Below, piece by piece: positions 17,169 to 24,289 of a DNA stretch of 64,000 nt. The stretch is taken from positions 1 to 64,000 of the IMG/VR virus record IMGVR_UViG_3300008261_001864; one strand, 5' to 3'. Origin of the DNA: a virus. The notes under the pieces were generated by a model. The model was not told the DNA's origin. It searched no databases and saw only the letters and a program-made list of their open reading frames with translations. The position numbers were made by a program, and so were the translations under genes. Every line of letters starts with the position of its first letter. Position 1 is the first letter of the stretch.

Positions 17169-18920
17169 TCATTCATCGGAGGAATCCTTGCCCTGTAGGC
17201 GTCGGATGAGGTCCTTGGTACCTGACCCCTCACGCTCGAAGTCGAGAGCGCCCACCGCCGCCTCGCCCAGCACTCGGTCGATGAGGTTCTTCTTGGACTG
17301 CAAGAGAGCCAGAACGTGATGGTCAATCGTCTTGCGGTCCTTCTTCTTCTCGCGGGGCCGCTCTGCGATGAGGTGGTAGCAGACGATGTGCTGATGGGGG
17401 CTGCCAATACGGATAGGCCGCCCGAGAAGCTGGACGTAGTTACCCCATGACCACGGGGCATCGTAGAAGATCATCGCGGACGCAGCCTGTAGGTTGATGG
17501 CCTCGCTGCCAGCGTCCGTGATGAAGATGACCTTGACATCCGACTCAAGGTTCTGAAAGACCTCCTGATGGCGGCGACGAGTCTTGTCGTCCTCCCGCCC
17601 CGTGATCCGCACGCTCTTGATGCTGGCCTCTGCGAGGATGTGCTGGAGGCGCGTCACAACCTTCTCAAACCGCGTATAGACGATCACCTTGTCGTTCTCT
17701 AGTTCGTCCGTGATGAGGTCGAGGAGCGCCTGCTCCTTGGCCCCCAACTTGTCGATCTTGAGTAACTCGTCCCTGTAGATGCCCGTCTCGATCTCGGACT
17801 CGGCCTCGAACTTGAGGATCGACAGGGAATCCACAACCTGCTGGCAGTAGATGAGGGACACGAACGCCTTGTGTTCCTCGTAGTCCTTCACGGTCCCGTC
17901 GCCCATCTCAAAGACGCCCGACAGCGCCTCACCGTACTTGGAGTCCTCGGCGGGGCTGAGTTCGCAGGTGATCTCCTTGGTGATGAGGGTCGGCAGTTCG
18001 TCCGAGACGACGTGCTTGGGACGCCCGAGGAAGAACGGGTCGATCTTGTCACGGAAGTGCTGGAGGTTCCGATACCCGACGACGAGCGGTACCTGTCGGC
18101 CCCCTGCCACACGGGTCAGCCGCGTCACGCAGTAGTCGTTCATGAACGCCGTCTTGGTGGTGAACAGGTCGGGTACGAGCGCCTTGTAGATGGAGAACCC
18201 CTCCATGAGGTTGTTCTTGAGCAGCGTGGCGGTCAGCCCGTAGGCCCGATGGGCCAGCCCCGAGAGTTGGGCGCAGACCTGCCAGGTCTTGGTCGAGTTG
18301 GTCTTGAAGGCCGTCGCCTCGTCAAAGACCACCACGACGTTCTGGGTGTTCTGCACGATGCCGTGGACCATGCCCGGCTTGACGGGAGACTTCGGGTCCT
18401 TGGGGTCGGCGCGACCAGCCCCCTCCGTCCAATCCTTCACCAGCAGGTGATAGTTGACGAGCAGGACGGCCTTCTCGTCCGTGTTGGTGGGGTGCTTGGC
18501 CCACGCCTCATAGACCTTGCGGCGCTCTTTGGGGGTCGAGGTAGTCACCACGAACGTCTTGACGTTGTGGGCAAACCTGTGAATCTCCCCCTCCCATTGA
18601 CGCAGGGCTGACTTCGGGGTGACGACGATGACCTTGTTGGCCGGTTCCTTGGGCCACAGGTAGCAGAGGGTGCCGATCACCTGAGCCGTTTTCCCCAGGC
18701 CAGTTCCGTCACCCAGCACCATCCGCTTCATCATCAGAAGGTGGTAGATGCCCTGCGACTGATAGTACCGCAGCCGCAACGGTTGGGGCTTGCCGTCCAG
18801 CCCCTTGATCTCCGTGCGGAGCATTGGAGTCGGCTTGAGCGCCACCGTCTTGGAAGCCCGTATCTTCTTGAGGTTGTCGTAAGCGGCTTGGATTTCTGGG
18901 GCGAGCGGTTTGTCTGCCAT
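17169..18920 (-). CDS. SNF2-family SF2 ATPase/helicase
   Basis: LRYYQ, LGDGTGLGKT, VVFDEAT, LTAT..KNN, KVIVYT, SEAINLQ, YDAPW, QLLGRPIRIG. Start ATG 18920; the ORF-track extension to 19442 is spurious. Confidence 0.93.
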   Translation of the reverse strand: MADKPLAPEIQAAYDNLKKIRASKTVALKPTPMLRTEIKGLDGKPQPLRLRYYQSQGIYHLLMMKRMVLGDGTGLGKTAQVIGTLCYLWPKEPANKVIVVTPKSALRQWEGEIHRFAHNVKTFVVTTSTPKERRKVYEAWAKHPTNTDEKAVLLVNYHLLVKDWTEGAGRADPKDPKSPVKPGMVHGIVQNTQNVVVVFDEATAFKTNSTKTWQVCAQLSGLAHRAYGLTATLLKNNLMEGFSIYKALVPDLFTTKTAFMNDYCVTRLTRVAGGRQVPLVVGYRNLQHFRDKIDPFFLGRPKHVVSDELPTLITKEITCELSPAEDSKYGEALSGVFEMGDGTVKDYEEHKAFVSLIYCQQVVDSLSILKFEAESEIETGIYRDELLKIDKLGAKEQALLDLITDELENDKVIVYTRFEKVVTRLQHILAEASIKSVRITGREDDKTRRRHQEVFQNLESDVKVIFITDAGSEAINLQAASAMIFYDAPWSWGNYVQLLGRPIRIGSPHQHIVCYHLIAERPREKKKDRKTIDHHVLALLQSKKNLIDRVLGEAAVGALDFEREGSGTKDLIRRLQGKDSSDE

Positions 18921-18921
18921 G

Positions 18922-18965
18922 CCCCCTCTCTTACACCAACCCGAGAAGCCACCGGGGCTTTTTTT
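18922..18965 (-). promoter_or_regulatory. Class A repeated motif (A7-N21-GGTGTAAGAGAGGGGG)
   Basis: Ends 1 nt before the SNF2 ATG. Confidence 0.6.
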
Positions 18966-18970
18966 GGTGG

Positions 18971-19005
18971 CGGTTGATTTCCGCTGGGGTCGCTTCCTAG
19001 TGGGT
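18971..19005 (+). promoter_or_regulatory. Class B promoter-like motif CGGTTGATT-N16-CCTAGTGGGT
   Basis: Same boxes and spacing as 1268-1302; ends 26 nt before the plus-strand micro-gene. Confidence 0.62.
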
Positions 19006-19031
19006 ACAGAACGCCAACCACGGAGACTCAA

Positions 19032-19193
19032 ATGACCATCGACCCGACCGACTTTGGCAGCATCGAGGACAGCGCGGAGTTCGCAGAGTTCGAGCGTGAC
19101 GAGGAGGCTCTCGCCCAACTGATCGCAGAGGGCTTCATCGGACGCCCCGTGGTCGCCCAGACCCCCGTGGTCGAGGACGACATCAACTTCTAA
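19032..19193 (+). CDS. 53-aa acidic micro-protein with SSB-tail-like C-terminus (EDDINF)
   Basis: MTIDPTDFGSIEDSAEFAEFERDEEALAQLIAEGFIGRPVVAQTPVVEDDINF*. GGAG RBS, high GC3 codons and an upstream class B motif. Below the ORF-track size cutoff. Confidence 0.72.
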   Translation: MTIDPTDFGSIEDSAEFAEFERDEEALAQLIAEGFIGRPVVAQTPVVEDDINF

Positions 19194-19198
19194 AAAAA

Positions 19199-19410
19199 CG
19201 AGGCCCACGGCCTCATACGGACGAGCCGGTGTAGCAGCCGGATAGTCGGGTGGCCCCCGATGAAGCGAAGCGGGGTTGCTCCCCGTAAAAAAGCCGCAAC
19301 GCCTACGCAAAGCAGGCCGGTGCTGGACGGCACCGCATGGATGGAGTGGTGGAGGGCGCAAGCCCGATGAAGCCCCCCGACCAACCGTCCCTACCCATAC
19401 ACCCACAGCC
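19199..19410 (+). ncRNA. Candidate structured non-coding RNA with a kink-turn
   Basis: No credible ORF. Hairpins at 19200-19214, 19271-19285 and 19318-19335. K-turn-pattern hairpin GGUGGA-GGGC-GCAA-GCCC-GAU-GAAGCC at 19348-19374. CCCGATGAAGC occurs twice. Confidence 0.4.
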
Positions 19411-19420
19411 CACCAAAGCA

Positions 19421-19464
19421 TCGGCCCGCCGCTTCCTGCCATGTGGTCAGGGAGGGCGGGCCGA
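19421..19464. terminator. Long GC-rich hairpin between convergent units (probable terminator)
   Basis: TCGGCCCGCC...GGCGGGCCGA outer stem with CTTCCTG/CAGGGAG inner stem; only weak U-tracts on either side. Confidence 0.55.
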
Positions 19465-19481
19465 CGTCTTTCGAGCGAACG

Positions 19482-20408
19482 CTAGGCAACCGCCTCGCTG
19501 TCCACGGTGCGACCGTGACAAACGAAGGGCGTGGCTAGGTCCCACTTACCAGCGGCGATCAGCTTGCTAAGGGCATCCTGCCGGTACACGCACTTCTGGA
19601 CGAGCGGGTTGCTGTTCGCGGCCAACCAAGCCCGACGAACCGCGATGTACTCCTTGACCCACTCCTTTTCGTCACCCCCAGCGGCGGGGGTCGGTTCCTT
19701 GACGGCAGCCTTGTGGGTCGCCACACGGCCAGGGCCCGAATGGATGCAGGTGTCGTAGATGGTCAACAGCCCCAACGCCGACGTGAGGCCAAAGGACTCC
19801 GCGTGCTTGACGGCGGGCGAGAAGTACACCTCGTCGAACACCTCGTCCTGCGCCCGCTGCATGAACGCATCCTTGCCCGCCTTCTTGAGCAGCGCGATCA
19901 GATCGTTCAACCACGCCGGATAGGGACCGCCTGGCGTCACCTTGGTGGACTCATTGGAGGCGATCTGGGGGAGGTACTTCTGGAGGTCGCCCGCCAACGG
20001 GCCGCCCAGAGCGATGTACCGCTTCACCACGAGGTCCAGCGACCCCGCCTTGTCGGTACACTGGTGCTTGCCATACGAGATGCCAGCCCCATCCTTCAAG
20101 ATCGTACACGTTGCGTAACTCTCGGGGGTCGGGACCTTACCCGTCTCGAAGATGGCGAGAACCGCATCAATCGCCTTCTTCTGCGCCGCCGTGTAGGCCA
20201 GCTTGCCCGACTTGGCCGCAGGAGCCGCCTTCGCAGGGGCCGCCCCCTGCTTCAACGACGCCTCATAGGCTAGGCTCTGCTTCTCGGTACCAGCACCGTG
20301 GATGCCGTCGGCCTTACCGACGTTGAATCCATGCTCGTTCAAGAACTCCTGCCACGCCTTGACGGCCTCGCCCTTGTCGCCTTGCTTGGTTCTGATTGGT
20401 GTCGTCAC
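19482..20408 (-). CDS. Modular endolysin: N-terminal peptidoglycan-binding domain plus GH46 chitosanase/lysozyme-like domain
   Basis: GDKGEAVKAWQEFL...ADGIHGAGT (PG-binding); AIFETG, DGAGISYG, QDEVF...YF.PA, YDTCIHSG. Confidence 0.85.
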   Translation of the reverse strand: MTTPIRTKQGDKGEAVKAWQEFLNEHGFNVGKADGIHGAGTEKQSLAYEASLKQGAAPAKAAPAAKSGKLAYTAAQKKAIDAVLAIFETGKVPTPESYATCTILKDGAGISYGKHQCTDKAGSLDLVVKRYIALGGPLAGDLQKYLPQIASNESTKVTPGGPYPAWLNDLIALLKKAGKDAFMQRAQDEVFDEVYFSPAVKHAESFGLTSALGLLTIYDTCIHSGPGRVATHKAAVKEPTPAAGGDEKEWVKEYIAVRRAWLAANSNPLVQKCVYRQDALSKLIAAGKWDLATPFVCHGRTVDSEAVA

Positions 20409-20427
20409 GTTTGACCTCTACCCTGGT

Positions 20428-20444
20428 TAGATAATGAACAATGA
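20428..20444 (-). promoter_or_regulatory. Possible late-promoter motif TCATnnTTCAnTATCnA
   Basis: AT-rich patch upstream of the endolysin; 13/17 match to 21222-21238. Confidence 0.35.
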
Positions 20445-20480
20445 GGTTCATCTGGGTATGGGTCTGGGTAGGGGTCTGGT

Positions 20481-21155
20481 CTAGGTCTTGGCCTTGCCGC
20501 GAGGAGGCTTGAGAGCCTTCTCGATCTTCTTGAGGCGGTCCTCTAGGTCATCGAAACCCTCGGGAAGTTCGGGCGACTCGACCTTGGACTCCAACTTCGC
20601 CACCCGCTCGGATACCTCGGAGATCGAGGTGTGGAGAGAGGACAGCGACGACACCGCGCCATGCAGCTTCTTCAACTCCTCATGGATAGCGGCGTTCTCG
20701 GCCTTGCAGGAGGGGTGCTGGTTCTGCGGCTGTGAGGCTTGCAGTTCCATCTCCTTGAGCTTCTCCTCGTGTTTCTCCTTCGACCGCTGAGAGTAGAACT
20801 TCCACGCCGCACCACCGCCGAGGACCGCGATGGCGGCAATCACAACGGTCATGCCACCGATCTGGCCGTTCGCAGGGATGAGTTTGGACAGTTCATCCGT
20901 CGCGGTAGTCGGCACACCCACGCTCGCCACCGTGTTGGCAGGCGGGGTAGGCATCGGAAGTTGCTGGGGCATCGGGTACTGCGGAGTGGCGTCAGCCAAC
21001 AGGACCGGCAACTCCTCGTGGGCCACCACAACGTCGGCCTCATCGGCCTGCGCGACCTCGGCGTGGTGCTTCACCTTGGCGTGCTTCACCTTGGCGGCGT
21101 GGTGAATCTCGTGCTTCTCGCCCTCGTGGGCTTGGACCCCTTCGTGCTGCTCCAT
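20481..21155 (-). CDS. Single-pass membrane protein with C-terminal coiled coil (alternative start GTG 21329)
   Basis: TM segment MTVVIAAIAVLGGGAAWKF, His-rich N-terminus, heptad-rich C-terminus; GAGG RBS before ATG 21155. Confidence 0.7.
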   Translation of the reverse strand: MEQHEGVQAHEGEKHEIHHAAKVKHAKVKHHAEVAQADEADVVVAHEELPVLLADATPQYPMPQQLPMPTPPANTVASVGVPTTATDELSKLIPANGQIGGMTVVIAAIAVLGGGAAWKFYSQRSKEKHEEKLKEMELQASQPQNQHPSCKAENAAIHEELKKLHGAVSSLSSLHTSISEVSERVAKLESKVESPELPEGFDDLEDRLKKIEKALKPPRGKAKT

Positions 21156-21337
21156 CTGACCGTCCTCTCTTTCGAGTGATTGTTCCACCGATGTTGTTGT
21201 CTCATCCGATCCATCTGATTCTTGATAGTGAAGTATGATAGTGGTGCCCGGCGGGATTAGGCAGTTTTGCAGCCGGGGATCGGTGAGACTGATCGGCTCG
21301 GTCGGAAAGATGCAGTTTTCCGTGGTCACTCACCCCC

Positions 21338-22447
21338 TTATTTCATCTGAGCGAGGGTCGCCTCCAAGATGGCGCGAGTCGCACCAGACAAGGAAAAGTT
21401 GTTGAGAATCGTTTGTATGAGTTGTTTCCCCTCCTTCATACGGGTCAGACTCTTTTTCTCACCCCCGTAGGTGTAGTCACCAAAGACCCGACGCACCAAC
21501 CCCGCCTTCACGAACTTGGTGAGGTCACGCTCGTTCAGATACTCTGGCTTCCCGTTGCACACGATGGCGACCGCCTCGTAGTCCCCCGAGTACCCGCCTC
21601 GATCCACCTTGTAGTGGTCGGGCTTGGCGTCGTAGGACTTGCCGTAGGTGATCTCGACGACGTTCTTACGCCCCGCCACGCTCGCCGCATCCCCAGCCAC
21701 CTGCCCCGACTCCACCAACCAATGCTTGATGGAGATGCCCGTCCCTCGGGGCATCTTGTCGTCGTCCAGTTTCCAGCCCTGTGCGTCCACGACCTTCGAG
21801 TTGAACTTGCCGTCGAAGTCCACGAGCTTCATGGCCTTCACGACGTTCCCATAGAGCCACGCGGGCTGGGAACCCTCGTCGGCTTTGATGGGGAACTCGA
21901 AGGAACGGATCGTCCAGATGTCTTGGTCGGCCCCCGCGCCAATGAACATCTGCTCGTAAACGAAGTGCCGCATCGCCACAAAGACGTGCTTTGCGTCGGT
22001 TCGACCGTAGGCGACTCGGCAGGTGTCGGAACGGCTGTACTCATCGGACGAGTACCCCGTGCCCCGCTGGAGGTCCGTCACAAACAGCCACCCGACGCCT
22101 GCCGGAATACCGGCTTTCCCCTTGGCGTCGTTGAAACTGACCTCCTTGGCTCTCGGCTTATCGTACCGTACCTGACCGCCAGAGGGCGGCGGGGGCGACG
22201 AGGGACCCGTCGAGGGGCTGCTCCGATCATAGGTGGGCCGCTGCCGTCCCGTCAGAACGTCACGGGCGACGTTGACCTGTACCATCTGATCTTCGCTACC
22301 ACCCCGATCAGGGTGCGCCTCGAACGCCTTGGCTCGGTACGCCTTGGTGATCTCAGCCTCGCTGGGGTTGTCAGACGGCGAGAAGCCAAGCAGGGACTTG
22401 GCCTCGTCGAGCGTCATGGCGATTCGCAGGAATGAGTAACGGTCCAT
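21338..22447 (-). CDS. J-domain (DnaJ-type, HPD) protein with unknown C-terminal domain
   Basis: AKSLLG...EITKAYRAKAFEAHPDRGGS..QMVQVNVARDVL. Confidence 0.85.
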   Translation of the reverse strand: MDRYSFLRIAMTLDEAKSLLGFSPSDNPSEAEITKAYRAKAFEAHPDRGGSEDQMVQVNVARDVLTGRQRPTYDRSSPSTGPSSPPPPSGGQVRYDKPRAKEVSFNDAKGKAGIPAGVGWLFVTDLQRGTGYSSDEYSRSDTCRVAYGRTDAKHVFVAMRHFVYEQMFIGAGADQDIWTIRSFEFPIKADEGSQPAWLYGNVVKAMKLVDFDGKFNSKVVDAQGWKLDDDKMPRGTGISIKHWLVESGQVAGDAASVAGRKNVVEITYGKSYDAKPDHYKVDRGGYSGDYEAVAIVCNGKPEYLNERDLTKFVKAGLVRRVFGDYTYGGEKKSLTRMKEGKQLIQTILNNFSLSGATRAILEATLAQMK

Positions 22448-22451
22448 CGTG

Positions 22452-23045
22452 TCACCAGAGGGAAAACGAGAGAGCGACGTGCGGCCCGCCCGTCAACGAT
22501 CCGAAGGCCAGCGCGTAACCCGCGTGCAGGCCCATGTTGCGGGTCAGGTCCAACCCCACGTTCACGCCAATCGACCTTACACCGACGTACCCGTTCAAGT
22601 TGAAGGAACGGTAGAAAAACGGCTCCAGCATGAGGCCGATGTCCACACCGGCCCCCGCGTCACGCGCCTGTAGGGCATCGAGCGGCAAGTACCCAGGGGC
22701 CACCTTGACGCGCCACCTCATCCCCCACTCGGGTTCGACGTAGCGGGCGACCTGCATGGCAAGGTTCGCCGTCACGTCCACCGTGTAGGTACACCAATCG
22801 AGGCGCACCTTGTAGGAGTTGCCCCCGCTCACGAACATCCGACCCGCCTTGTCCTCGGTGATCTGGATGGGGTCGAGTTTGACGGTAGGCTTGTTCTCCA
22901 GCAGGCACCGCTTCTCGTCCATGACCGTCAGGAAGGTCGCTAGGTCGGCATCCTCCACACAGGTATTCCCTGCGGGACACTCTGCGGCCCCAGCGACCCC
23001 CGCCGACAGGATGACGGGCAGCACCGTACAGATGAAGCGCCTCAT
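22452..23045 (-). CDS. Secreted protein with predicted C-terminal outer-membrane beta-barrel/beta-sheet
   Basis: Signal peptide ending AGA-A; amphipathic strands FNLNGYVG, IGVNVGLDL, MGLHAGYAL; C-terminal VALSFSLW. Confidence 0.62.
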   Translation of the reverse strand: MRRFICTVLPVILSAGVAGAAECPAGNTCVEDADLATFLTVMDEKRCLLENKPTVKLDPIQITEDKAGRMFVSGGNSYKVRLDWCTYTVDVTANLAMQVARYVEPEWGMRWRVKVAPGYLPLDALQARDAGAGVDIGLMLEPFFYRSFNLNGYVGVRSIGVNVGLDLTRNMGLHAGYALAFGSLTGGPHVALSFSLW

Positions 23046-23049
23046 CGGC

Positions 23050-23574
23050 CTACCCCTTCCTGTACTTGTCGGACAGGCTCTTGATGTCCTTGACGGTCAC
23101 CTTCGAGGAGTCCTTGACGGACACCGCGATGACCTCGGGCGACACCACGACGATCTCTTTGACGTCGGTGTTGCGAACGCCCTCTGGCAGCTTCACCTTG
23201 ACAGGCTCGGTCTGGCCGACCGGCACATACTCAACGGTTGTCGGGTCCGAGAACAGCCCAGGAGGCTTGATCGCTACAACGCCAACCTGCGTGTGACCCC
23301 CAGCGTCGGGCGTCCCAATGGGGATCGGCTTGCCATCGGGACCCACGCGGTCAGGCGGCACCGTATCGACCGTGGGGAGGCTCTCCTCCTTCTTGCCCAA
23401 CAGCTTCCCGAGGATGCCTCCGATCTGTAGGTTCTTGAACCCTGCCTTGAAAAGGATGAACGCACCCACGACGAGCAGTAGGGCGACCCCAGGGGCCGCC
23501 AGATACTTGAGGCACCAGCGGCCAATCGACTTCAAGCGTTCCCAGACCAACTTCATGAACTCGCGGATCGTCAT
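23050..23574 (-). CDS. N-terminally anchored membrane protein (i-spanin-like position)
   Basis: TM segment YLAAPGVALLLVVGAFILF followed by a Pro/Val-rich soluble domain; overlaps the holin-like gene stop. Confidence 0.6.
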   Translation of the reverse strand: MTIREFMKLVWERLKSIGRWCLKYLAAPGVALLLVVGAFILFKAGFKNLQIGGILGKLLGKKEESLPTVDTVPPDRVGPDGKPIPIGTPDAGGHTQVGVVAIKPPGLFSDPTTVEYVPVGQTEPVKVKLPEGVRNTDVKEIVVVSPEVIAVSVKDSSKVTVKDIKSLSDKYRKG

Positions 23575-23993
23575 AGCTTCTCCTCAACCACGTCCGTCGT
23601 GGGGCTGGATAGGTCAGCGGGCGGGCTGTCCAGCGGGATCACATCGCTGGCATCCGTCTTGGTGGTGCCGTCCTTCTTCATGAAGCCTCGGAACCGCCCG
23701 TACAGCCAGCCGCAGCCAAGGCCACAGACCAGCGCGTACATGACACGGCCCGACAGGCTGCCCGCGACCTGTTCGGGCCACGGAAAGGCTCTCATGCAAA
23801 CGGCCAGAATGATGCCGTTGCCAACCGGCCCCAGCGGCAAAAAGACCTCCCGCCACCACTTGCTCTGCCTAATGGCGGGGCGGTACGTCTCGATGACTCG
23901 ACGGATGCCAGCCGTCATCACATAGATGGTCAGGCCCAGCGCGACCGTCTGCCAGTTCGTGAAAAGTTCCAGCCCAGACTCCATAGAAGCCAT
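23571..23993 (-). CDS. Holin-like protein with three predicted TM segments
   Basis: Three hydrophobic segments, basic then acidic tail, first gene of the cassette leading to the endolysin; Met1/Met4. Confidence 0.65.
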   Translation of the reverse strand: MASMESGLELFTNWQTVALGLTIYVMTAGIRRVIETYRPAIRQSKWWREVFLPLGPVGNGIILAVCMRAFPWPEQVAGSLSGRVMYALVCGLGCGWLYGRFRGFMKKDGTTKTDASDVIPLDSPPADLSSPTTDVVEEKL

Positions 23994-24025
23994 GAGGGGT
24001 TCCTCCTTACAGAGAAACCCCTCAT
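23992..24025 (-). promoter_or_regulatory. Hairpin occluding the RBS and start codon of the holin-like gene
   Basis: mRNA AUGAGGGGUU-UCUCU-GUA-AGGAGG-AACCCCUCAU(G): perfect 10-bp stem enclosing the SD and including AU of the AUG. Confidence 0.7.
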
Positions 24026-24048
24026 CGAAGCATTAGGTCCTGCGAGTG

Positions 24049-24288
24049 CTAGGCGTCGGCTGGACCGTCCTCGGTGGTTGTCACCTCGGGTGACTCAGCG
24101 GACAGGACGGGGAGTTCCCCCGCCTCCCATGACGCCAAGTGGCGTACACGCTCCTCAAGCAACACACGCTGCTCGGGAGTCAGGGACGGGTCCATCATCA
24201 TGCCCCGCATACGCTCCTTGGCGTCCTTGGCGGCCTTGTGGCGCACCTCGGGGTCGATGTCGAGATAGGTGTAGTGTCGGATTGCCAT
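24049..24288 (-). CDS. Small hypothetical protein
   Basis: ATG 24288 immediately after the upstream stop; 79 aa, helical. Confidence 0.7.
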   Translation of the reverse strand: MAIRHYTYLDIDPEVRHKAAKDAKERMRGMMMDPSLTPEQRVLLEERVRHLASWEAGELPVLSAESPEVTTTEDGPADA

Positions 24289-24289
24289 G

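Noticed and set aside
19340-19390. SAM-I riboswitch
   Set aside because: Only the P2/k-turn arm matches. The AUC SAM-binding strand, pseudoknot loop and P3/P4 are not evident, and no gene lies downstream on that strand.
19220-19400. tRNA (GCCGGTGTAGC start), group II intron end (GAGCCG...CCTACCC) or c-di-GMP-I fragments
   Set aside because: No T-loop GTTCRA or cloverleaf, no domain V hairpin, and the GEMM-like words are in the wrong order.
18921-19442. N-terminal extension of the SNF2 ORF in the ORF track
   Set aside because: It is the antisense of the micro-gene/RNA island; the RBS and motif point to ATG 18920.
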